DNA of 64,000 nucleotides from a virus (Duplodnaviria; Caudoviricetes): IMG/VR virus record IMGVR_UViG_2617271064_000003, positions 7,035 to 71,034 of that record; one strand, 5' to 3'. Shown piece by piece: positions 56,970 to 64,000 of this stretch (position 1 is its first letter; each line of letters starts with the position of its first letter). The notes under the pieces were generated by a model. It saw only the letters and a program-made list of their open reading frames with translations, ran no database searches and was not told where the DNA came from. The position numbers and the translations under genes were made by a program.

Positions 56970-57806
56970 CTAGGCTTGATGCTGAAAGAAAAAGCTCACC
57001 AAATAACAACCAGCAGCTAACGACAATATGATGGGTATTCCAACCTCTACAACCAACATACGCAGGTTCTGGGATTTCAAAAGCAAGCTGAAACGCCTAT
57101 CAAACCTAGCGAGAGATTCTGGAACCCGAGTATTGGTGATCGTGGATTCCGTTGAGTCTAGGGAGCGTCTAATTTGCTCTAGCGTGTTATTCATTCCTTG
57201 TATAGAACTGCTCACACTACCACCTACAGTCATATCTCGCTGCTGCAACTGCTCAACATGGACACTGAACTGCTGGACACTCTCACCCACACGATTTAAT
57301 AAATCGGAATAAGCCGTCATTGAGCGTGCCTCTTGAATCCACCAGGTGTATAACGTCGATTGCTTAGGGTCGTCTGGATAATCTGCCCCCGTCGCCCCTA
57401 ATTTCGCGCCTGTAACGAAGGCAAGCTTAGTGCCAGTCACACGTACAGACCACTCCGAGTAGAGCTCATAACAATACCAAATAAAATGAATTAAGGAATA
57501 AATGAGAACTATGGAGAGCCCGACCATAAGCTTAAATGGTGTTACTCCAGTCAACTTGACCCCAAGAATGGAAAAATCTGAGCCAGCCTCAATCTCTCCA
57601 ACGATCAACACCAGCACCACCATAGATACCAGAATTAAATTTCTACGCAACTTCGCAGCAGTTTCAGATATATCAAATCCTACTGGCTCACCTAAAACCC
57701 TTGCAATTTCTTCCCGCGCTGGATGCCGCCTCACAATACTGACCTCAACTATAGAGCAAAAATAGATTAATACTTCAACCTTATAAGGATCACCACCATG
57801 GTGCAT
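56970..57806 (-). CDS. Membrane protein with coiled coil (AT-rich moron)
   Basis: Three TM segments; opposite strand; start uncertain. Confidence 0.7.
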   Translation of the reverse strand: MHHGGDPYKVEVLIYFCSIVEVSIVRRHPAREEIARVLGEPVGFDISETAAKLRRNLILVSMVVLVLIVGEIEAGSDFSILGVKLTGVTPFKLMVGLSIVLIYSLIHFIWYCYELYSEWSVRVTGTKLAFVTGAKLGATGADYPDDPKQSTLYTWWIQEARSMTAYSDLLNRVGESVQQFSVHVEQLQQRDMTVGGSVSSSIQGMNNTLEQIRRSLDSTESTITNTRVPESLARFDRRFSLLLKSQNLRMLVVEVGIPIILSLAAGCYLVSFFFQHQA

Positions 57807-57836
57807 CCGTGTAGGGAGAGTGATATCTACGCGACA

Positions 57837-58157
57837 TTACTGCGATGAGAAGTTACTAAGGAGAGTTGCTAGCACCTGCAGCGAGACCGTAACGGCAGCC
57901 GCGATCGCCGCTCGACTGTTCCACTTGGATTGTAATCGGAGCGTACCGTACAACTCACCACCGTTAACGATAGTCACATCCCATGACTCGATATCAGGTG
58001 AGTTCTCAAGCCCCGGCGGCGGCGGAGCCTTCACCACGGCTGACTTTACCCAAAATGCTGCCGAAAGAACGCCGGATAAAAGAGAAGCAACGTTCACCAT
58101 CAATGCACAGTCCACAGACAACTCCCTGATCCGGCCCCATGCCGGGCCGAACATCAA
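57837..58157 (-). CDS. Small two-TM protein (start uncertain)
   Basis: SAAFWVKSA...QSKWNSRAAIAAA. Confidence 0.6.
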   Translation of the reverse strand: MMFGPAWGRIRELSVDCALMVNVASLLSGVLSAAFWVKSAVVKAPPPPGLENSPDIESWDVTIVNGGELYGTLRLQSKWNSRAAIAAAVTVSLQVLATLLSNFSSQ

Positions 58158-58295
58158 TACCCCACTTCAACGAATCACGCCACCTCAGCGAGCGCGGCAC
58201 TTGCCGACGCCCGGAAGCAGACCAAGATCACCAAACCCAGCGGAAAGGCTGGCTGCCCCCCCCTAGAGCTGACGCTCGCTGAGTGGACTGAGGCA

Positions 58296-58544
58296 GTGCA
58301 GCGCAACGCCGACGCCATCATGGCCGGCGAGAAGGTGAAGCAGCTCAGCGCCCTCTTCTACACAGCGCAGCACGCGAAGCAGTTCATCGAGCTTGCCAAG
58401 AAGACCAGCGCATGCCGAGACCTCAAGATCCGCTGCAAAGCTGCCCTGCTCGACGAGAAGGGCAAGAAGATCCTCAGCCCCAAGACCAGAATGCCCGTTA
58501 TCGGCTGGGCGGACTGGGTGCCTGAAAACTACAAAGCCGCCTAA
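58296..58544 (+). CDS. Hypothetical protein, possibly a 3' remnant
   Basis: GC-rich phage-like codon usage, weak start. Confidence 0.45.
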   Translation: MQRNADAIMAGEKVKQLSALFYTAQHAKQFIELAKKTSACRDLKIRCKAALLDEKGKKILSPKTRMPVIGWADWVPENYKAA

Positions 58545-58557
58545 CACGGAAACCCCC

Positions 58558-58602
58558 ATGACCACAGCAATCGACCTGTTCGCCGGCCTCAGTAGAGCCT
58601 GA
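58558..58602 (+). pseudogene. Stub of a second C5 DNA methyltransferase
   Basis: MTTAIDLFAGL (motif I start) followed by SRA-stop and repeat B. Confidence 0.6.
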
Positions 58603-58810
58603 CCCTACGACGCTGCCCTCCAGCGCCTTCCACTCTCAAACGATAAACGCCTCCCCGGTAAGGCCGACGCCGGCAATGAAAAAATCTGCCACAAGACGTC
58701 TTGCGAAGTATTGTTAATTACCGAGCCCAAGACGGGCTTGTTAAGCACCGAGGGACCGGCCGAGACAAGAAAAACCCAGATCAAGAATTATAGTTTTATC
58801 TGTGGACCGG

Positions 58811-59620
58811 CTACTTAGCAGCCAGAGTTGCCAAATCAAGCCTCCCAAATTTTCCACGACGAGGAGCTATACGAGCAAACTCTGAAAGCCCTTTAAAAAC
58901 AGCAGTTGAACTGTAGTCAGAAATCCCGACCACCGGATTAAAACCAAACATATCACACACACGTTTCATCTTGGACTCTCCAGCACCCACAACCATAACA
59001 AACCTAAAGCCCAAAATAACAAATGAGTGATACCAACTTCCCTCCCTCCTAACGCACGAAGGAAAAGAAAACATACGCCTGGTTTTTTCGTCAGAATTCA
59101 ATTCAATATACAAGCAGAAATTATTAAGCTTAGAGCCCGAAAGCAGAAAGTTGGCAAACTCCAGCTCATATCGTGCGCCCAACCCATTCCCGTAGGGATT
59201 TTTATCTCGCTGCCAATCCCACACACTGGCACGCCAAAATATACTTACAGCAAAATACACCAGAGCATCTAAATGACCTTTATCTATAGAGTCTGGACTA
59301 TAACCTTCAAACAGAGGATGCGTTGCTGCAGGTTCTTTACTTCTCAATATTTCAAAAAGCGGAAAACCACTCTGAGTGGCCCAGAGCTGACCTACGATTC
59401 GTTCGCCCTTCTTAGAAAATAGATCCTCGCAAGCACCACACAAAAGTGGCTGCTTTACTTGCTTATCTGTCTGAGCGATAGAGTTTGTATACTGATTGAT
59501 TATTACCGACTGTTGCAGCCCCAAATTAGTATCCCAGCGAAGATGGGAATACGCGGCAGCCGGTATAAAATGACTATTTATTAACTTTTTTTCCTGCTTA
59601 CACAACCTGCATATTGCCAT
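58811..59620 (-). CDS. Zn-binding HNH-like protein (AT-rich moron)
   Basis: CRLC...SHFIP...LLCGACE; GGAG RBS. Confidence 0.7.
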   Translation of the reverse strand: MAICRLCKQEKKLINSHFIPAAAYSHLRWDTNLGLQQSVIINQYTNSIAQTDKQVKQPLLCGACEDLFSKKGERIVGQLWATQSGFPLFEILRSKEPAATHPLFEGYSPDSIDKGHLDALVYFAVSIFWRASVWDWQRDKNPYGNGLGARYELEFANFLLSGSKLNNFCLYIELNSDEKTRRMFSFPSCVRREGSWYHSFVILGFRFVMVVGAGESKMKRVCDMFGFNPVVGISDYSSTAVFKGLSEFARIAPRRGKFGRLDLATLAAK

Positions 59621-59883
59621 TGCTTACTCCATGAACTCGGTAAATCACAGAATCTTACCTTATTTTTAGGATAACGCTTCCGCTTTGACTGCTGCCAGCG
59701 GTCTTCTGCCGACAGGGAGTAGCGGCAAATTGAGCCCTGGCATATACCCGCTAGCTAAGGAGCCTCCCACTTTGCCGCATCAGCGCTTAAGCGGCAATGC
59801 AATTAAGATCCGCATAACTACAAACACAGCTGTAACCCCTCCCCCTCTATTCACTGCCGCGATATGGCGGCCAAGGAACGACC

Positions 59884-60411
59884 GTGCCCGGAATAATTGA
59901 GCTGGACCTCGACGCGATCGAGGCGGCGACCAAGGCTGCTACCCCGCAAGACTTCGACAGCGCGCAGATCGCCAACATTGAAGACGGCTGGATCGAATGC
60001 CAGGCCTGCGGCGGCGAGGGATCCGTTGAGCTGACAGCCGACTATCTGAACTACGACGGCCAGACGTTGGGCGTGCAGTTCTACGGTATTGGCGAGCCGC
60101 ATGTTCATGCAGACGCTTACTACCGCGCAGCACGGCCTGCCGTGGTGCTGGCCATGGTCGAAGAGATCAAAAGCCTGCGCCAGCAGTTGGAGCAGCAGAA
60201 AGGCACCAGCCGCACCATCACCCTTTCAGGCTGCGAGTTCACCGAAGAAGAACTCGTCGGCCAAGCGGTGCGCGCCGTGAGCGGCACCAGCAGAAGGTAC
60301 AAGAATCCGTGCTGGGTGCTAATGAAGGACGCCTTCGGCTGCGGGTCTGGCGTCGCCACCGCGCTGTGCCGGCGTTTCAATCTGGACCCGGACGAGAGTC
60401 TGCGCACATGA
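59884..60411 (+). CDS. Ead/Ea22-like protein
   Basis: LDAIEAATKAATP...AARPAVVLAMVEEI. Confidence 0.7.
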   Translation: MPGIIELDLDAIEAATKAATPQDFDSAQIANIEDGWIECQACGGEGSVELTADYLNYDGQTLGVQFYGIGEPHVHADAYYRAARPAVVLAMVEEIKSLRQQLEQQKGTSRTITLSGCEFTEEELVGQAVRAVSGTSRRYKNPCWVLMKDAFGCGSGVATALCRRFNLDPDESLRT

Positions 60412-60662
60412 CCCGCCTCGTCCTCTGCCTCCTGCTGCTGGCCACCGGCGCCAGCGCAACCGAGAACGTCATCGACGTGCAGCACGACAGCCAGCGCGGC
60501 GTCACCTGCTACCTGCTGAACGGGGTCGGAATCAGCTGCATCCCCGACAGCCAGCTGCAGGCCGGCAACGAGCGCCAGCTCTCCCCGCACGAGCAAGAAA
60601 ACAACATCCCTACACCCGCACTGGCGCCTGGGCGCTGGATTGATGAGAGGTATCAGCTGTGA
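60408..60662 (+). CDS. Small exported hypothetical protein
   Basis: Signal peptide; HDSQRGVTCY...GISCIP. Confidence 0.65.
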   Translation: MTRLVLCLLLLATGASATENVIDVQHDSQRGVTCYLLNGVGISCIPDSQLQAGNERQLSPHEQENNIPTPALAPGRWIDERYQL

Positions 60663-60976
60663 GCGAATGGATCAAATGCAGCGACAGGCTGCCAGTTACG
60701 GATGAAGACACCGACACGACCTTCATTGTGGCAGTCAGGCGAGCGCACAACGGCAAGACCTACGTCTTCGCTGCCGAATGGCTGAACAAAAAGCTGCTCC
60801 ACAGAGAAGACCCTGATCCGGATGATCCCGAGGACGGTACACCATTCAGTGGGTGGCATTCTCTCGAAACCCATGCCGACTTCGAGGAGTACTGGGAACC
60901 TCTGGTTTCGCCCTGCTCCGGGGATGAGGTTACCCATTGGCAGCCCATGCCTCAGGCGCCAGGAATCGAGCTATGA
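60659..60976 (+). CDS. DUF551-like protein
   Basis: WIKCSDRLP...VTHWQPMPQAP. Confidence 0.85.
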   Translation: MSEWIKCSDRLPVTDEDTDTTFIVAVRRAHNGKTYVFAAEWLNKKLLHREDPDPDDPEDGTPFSGWHSLETHADFEEYWEPLVSPCSGDEVTHWQPMPQAPGIEL

Positions 60977-61356
60977 CAGATCTGATCGAAGTGAAGACTG
61001 CCGACCTGGTAGGTGAGCAGCTGGCTTGGGCGGTCGGCAAAGCTGAAGGCCTCGACGTGCTCCTCGCGCCGCCAATCTACGGCAACCCGTGGCGGGTGTT
61101 CGTCCGCTACACCGGCGAAGTCACCATCCGCGATGCGCGCTATAACCCACACGAAAGCTGGGCTGTAGGCGGCCCGCTTCTACCAAAGCACCGCATCGGC
61201 TTCGGGCTTTATCCGAATGCCTATTTTGCCTGCACCGGGGTGAATGACGACGCGGGCGAAGCGAGCGGGCCGACTCATCTGGTAGCCGCCTGCCGCGCAA
61301 TCGTCGCCGCCAAACTCGGCGATACCGTCCAGGTGCCGAAGGAGCTGTGCCAATGA
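60973..61356 (+). CDS. NinX/DUF2591-like protein
   Basis: LAWAVGKAEG, YNPHESWAVGGPL, GPTHLVAACRAIV. Confidence 0.75.
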   Translation: MTDLIEVKTADLVGEQLAWAVGKAEGLDVLLAPPIYGNPWRVFVRYTGEVTIRDARYNPHESWAVGGPLLPKHRIGFGLYPNAYFACTGVNDDAGEASGPTHLVAACRAIVAAKLGDTVQVPKELCQ

Positions 61357-61554
61357 CCAACTATCAATTCTGCCTGATCCTGTCGCTACTGTTCTTCATC
61401 GCGGCCAATGGTGTCGGCTCCAATGGCGCCGCAGCGATCGGCTACCTCGTCGGTATCGCCTGCGGCTTTGCTGCGCTGGTCTGGTGCTTCCTGGAGCGAA
61501 AATCATGATCCTGCCCCTGATGTACATGCCCTACCTGATCTACAGGGGGCCGCG

Positions 61555-61893
61555 ATGAGCACCCCGCCACTGATCAGCAGCCAGCGCTACCTGAACCGCG
61601 ATCTGGTCCTTAAGAAAGCCAGCAACTTCAAGGTGTTCGTCCTCACGGTAGACGTTGAGATGCGTGGCAGGCTCTATCGCGTCATTGTAGATGGTCACCA
61701 CAACCTCGCAGCGGCGCGTTTGGTCGGCATCAAGCCGAAGTGGAAAGGTACTCCTCCAAAACTTGAGCGGATCATGAAGAGCATGGGGCCCATAGCCTTC
61801 GCGGCGCTCATGATGAACAACCTCACTGATAGCGACTGGTACTTCCATGACACCGGCCAGGTAGTCGAAGAACTGCTCGCGCCGCAACTGTAA
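61555..61893 (+). CDS. Small ParB/Srx-like protein
   Basis: LISSQRYL...IVDGHHNLAAA. Confidence 0.65.
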   Translation: MSTPPLISSQRYLNRDLVLKKASNFKVFVLTVDVEMRGRLYRVIVDGHHNLAAARLVGIKPKWKGTPPKLERIMKSMGPIAFAALMMNNLTDSDWYFHDTGQVVEELLAPQL

Positions 61894-61949
61894 CCCCTCC
61901 CTCCACTACTCAAGCCCGCCGACATGCGCGGGCATGGAGAGCTATTGCC

Positions 61950-62597
61950 ATGCCAAACCACATCACCAACAAAGTCAGCGCGCCAGCCCACGTCCTTACA
62001 TCGCTGATCAACGGAGACGGCCGAATCGACTTCGGCAAGCTCATCAAGTTCGAGGGCGAATTCCCTTGGGACGGTATCTGCGGCGCGGCTGAAACCGCTG
62101 CGGAGGCGGCAATCAATCTGCCCCTGAGCAACAACCCGATGCTCGCCGGCATGCAGCGGCACAGTCGCGAAACGTCCTCGGTGACGAAGCTCAGCGACGA
62201 AAGCTTCGAGCAGTTCATCCAGATGCTACGCAATCACCGCAAGACCGGATACATGCACTGCATGGACTTCGCCCGCCATGCCTGGGGCACCAAGTGGAAC
62301 GCCTACAGCCAGAAGATCGATGTTGAAGGCTGCTCACTGTCTTTCGATACGGCCTGGAACGCACCTGTACCGGTCTTCAAGGCTCTGTCCGCCCTGCACC
62401 CGAACGAAGAAATCACAGTCGTGTTCGCTGACGAGGACATTGGCAGCAACTGCGGCACGCTGAAGCTCAAAGCAGGCGACCTGGTGGAGCAGGATTGCGC
62501 TGGATCATGGGGCGGAATGAGCGAGGCAGAGCAGGCGAAGTGGCGTGCATTCGCCATGGAAGTGACTGGCCGCAGCGACGAAGACGACGACGAATAA
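61950..62597 (+). CDS. DUF1281/YubB-like protein
   Basis: MPNHITN, WGTKWNAY, FDTAWNAP, FADEDIGSNCG. Confidence 0.75.
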   Translation: MPNHITNKVSAPAHVLTSLINGDGRIDFGKLIKFEGEFPWDGICGAAETAAEAAINLPLSNNPMLAGMQRHSRETSSVTKLSDESFEQFIQMLRNHRKTGYMHCMDFARHAWGTKWNAYSQKIDVEGCSLSFDTAWNAPVPVFKALSALHPNEEITVVFADEDIGSNCGTLKLKAGDLVEQDCAGSWGGMSEAEQAKWRAFAMEVTGRSDEDDDE

Positions 62598-62633
62598 CCA
62601 ACCTGCCGCCACCGGCGGAGTGGAGACCATCCA

Positions 62634-62966
62634 ATGGATATCGAAAGCACCGGTGACGTAGACAAGGTCACCGAACAGCGAATGGCCGAACTGATCGGCT
62701 GCACAAAACGCTCCCTGGAACACCGCCGCCTGGATGGGAAGATCCCCGCAGGCGTCTGGATGAAGCACGGTGGCCGGATCATCTACAGCAAAAAGAGGTA
62801 TGACGAATGGCTGGAAAGCCAATGGGTTTACCCCGTGGGGTCGAAATCTTCCGCAACGCCCTCCGCATTCGTTTCACATGGGACGGTATCCGTCGATGCG
62901 AAACGCTCCCCTATCCCCCGACACAAAAAGGGATCAAGGCTGCCTCCAGCCTTCGCGATCAGGTAG
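62634..62966 (+). CDS. Excisionase-like protein
   Basis: VTEQRMAELIG...GVWMKHGGRIIYSKKRYDEW; overlaps the integrase. Confidence 0.7.
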   Translation: MDIESTGDVDKVTEQRMAELIGCTKRSLEHRRLDGKIPAGVWMKHGGRIIYSKKRYDEWLESQWVYPVGSKSSATPSAFVSHGTVSVDAKRSPIPRHKKGSRLPPAFAIR

Positions 62967-64000
62967 CTAGCCTTAACAAACTCGGCCTGCTTGACCAGGA
63001 CAAGTATGCAGAGCTGTTCCCCAGCTCTCAGGCTGCAGTCGGCGGCAAGCCGACCTTCGGCGAGTATGCACAGCTCTGGCTCGACAGCCGGGAAATCACT
63101 CAGGGCACGCACAACAACTATAAAAGCGCCCTGAACCTCTACTGGGTACCGCGACTGGCCATGGTCCGTGTCGACCTGATCACGACCAATCTCCTCCGCC
63201 GCGTCATCATTGAAACCGAATGGACCTCGGCAAACGTGAAGCGCAATGCGATTACCCGATTATCGACGATCCTTGCGGCAGCGACCCGGGAGGGCCTGCT
63301 AGTCAAGAACCCCGCCGAGCTGATCGAACTGCCGAAGAGGTCGAAAAAGGAGATCGACCCATTCAGCCTGGCGGAAGCCAATACCATCATCGACAAGCTG
63401 TATCAGCACAAGCACTGGCCAAGCCTCATTTATGCCGCTCTGTTTGAATTTATGTTCTTCACCGGTCTCCGCCTGTCTGAGGCCTTGGCCGTGCGCTGGG
63501 ACGTGGTCGACATGGAGAGGAGGACAATACACGTCAAGAGAACCGTCGCCCTGGGCGAGGTTGAAGAAAGGACGAAAACTGGCAGGGACCGTTTCGTGCT
63601 GCTGAATGATCGGGCCTTGCGGGCGATTCAGTTTGCCAGGCAGTACGCGGATCGCCGTAGGCATGGCAAGGGGGCAGTGACCGAAACACCGTTCCTGTTC
63701 CCACCGTCGAAGAACGCCGAGTACGTGAAACAGACCTCCGATCTCCATAAACAGTGGGTGCCTGTGCTGAATGAATTGGGGATCAGACGTCGCCCCCCAT
63801 ACAACTGCCGTCACACCTATGCGACAATATGCTTAATGTCCGGCCTCAACCCCGCATTTATCGCCCAACAGCTGGGTCACAGCGTTCAGATGCTGCTGTC
63901 GACGTATGCCCGTTGGCTTAACTCAAGCTCCGACTGGAGCGAGCTGGAAAAACTCAAGATTGGTATCAAATCGGTATCAGCTGAAAGCCCAGCGTCGTAA
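62807..64000 (+). CDS. int: Prophage tyrosine integrase
   Basis: N-terminal arm domain; TGLRLSE, TKT, YNCRHTYA, QLGHS, TYARW. Confidence 0.95.
   Translation: MAGKPMGLPRGVEIFRNALRIRFTWDGIRRCETLPYPPTQKGIKAASSLRDQVASLNKLGLLDQDKYAELFPSSQAAVGGKPTFGEYAQLWLDSREITQGTHNNYKSALNLYWVPRLAMVRVDLITTNLLRRVIIETEWTSANVKRNAITRLSTILAAATREGLLVKNPAELIELPKRSKKEIDPFSLAEANTIIDKLYQHKHWPSLIYAALFEFMFFTGLRLSEALAVRWDVVDMERRTIHVKRTVALGEVEERTKTGRDRFVLLNDRALRAIQFARQYADRRRHGKGAVTETPFLFPPSKNAEYVKQTSDLHKQWVPVLNELGIRRRPPYNCRHTYATICLMSGLNPAFIAQQLGHSVQMLLSTYARWLNSSSDWSELEKLKIGIKSVSAESPAS

Larger units (their letters stand above)
1..64000. mobile_element. Lambdoid (HK97-like, siphovirus-type) prophage; att ends not visible in the window
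   Basis: Canonical order int-xis-early genes-cI/cro-O/P-Q-holin-HNH-terS-terL-portal-protease-capsid-tail-lysis; the integrase stop codon is at 64000. Confidence 0.95.

Noticed and set aside
52002-58663. CRISPR array or true integron
   Set aside because: The repeats are separated by whole genes at irregular distances; no cas genes, IntI or attC consensus were seen.
63958-64000. Prophage att site
   Set aside because: Tandem GGTATCA motifs may be arm sites, but no partner repeat is visible in the window; the core probably lies outside it.

Overview
The window is almost entirely one lambdoid, HK97-like Pseudomonas-type prophage. Its integrase and xis sit at the right edge; early, immunity and replication genes span 41.7-62.6 kb; the late head/tail/lysis operon runs on the minus strand from about 41 kb to 2.7 kb; umuD(C), SRAP and a Dam-like methylase lie at the left. 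The main observation is a 13,777-bp phage satellite (PICI-like) inserted into the Walker A codons of the prophage's large terminase gene. It is bounded by a perfect 15-bp direct repeat (TTCTTTTTAGGGATG at 25369-25383 and 39146-39160), and precise excision restores an in-frame 559-aa TerL. The satellite carries a P4-type integrase, AlpA, a C4-like antisense RNA, a primase/helicase module flanked by a 76-bp inverted iteron pair, and its own HK97-fold capsid protein. It also has a near-exact copy of the helper's putative cos region, a free-standing lambda gpI-like tail-tip gene, a second tyrosine recombinase homologous to one in the helper, and candidate defence cargo (REase-STAND NTPase, DUF3825, CoiA-like nuclease). 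The helper additionally has a repeat-bounded cassette-like variable region (52-60 kb) with a PL7 alginate lyase, an O-antigen acetyltransferase moron, and a tail fibre with three 160-aa repeats. All product calls come from motif recognition by eye; no database searches were run.
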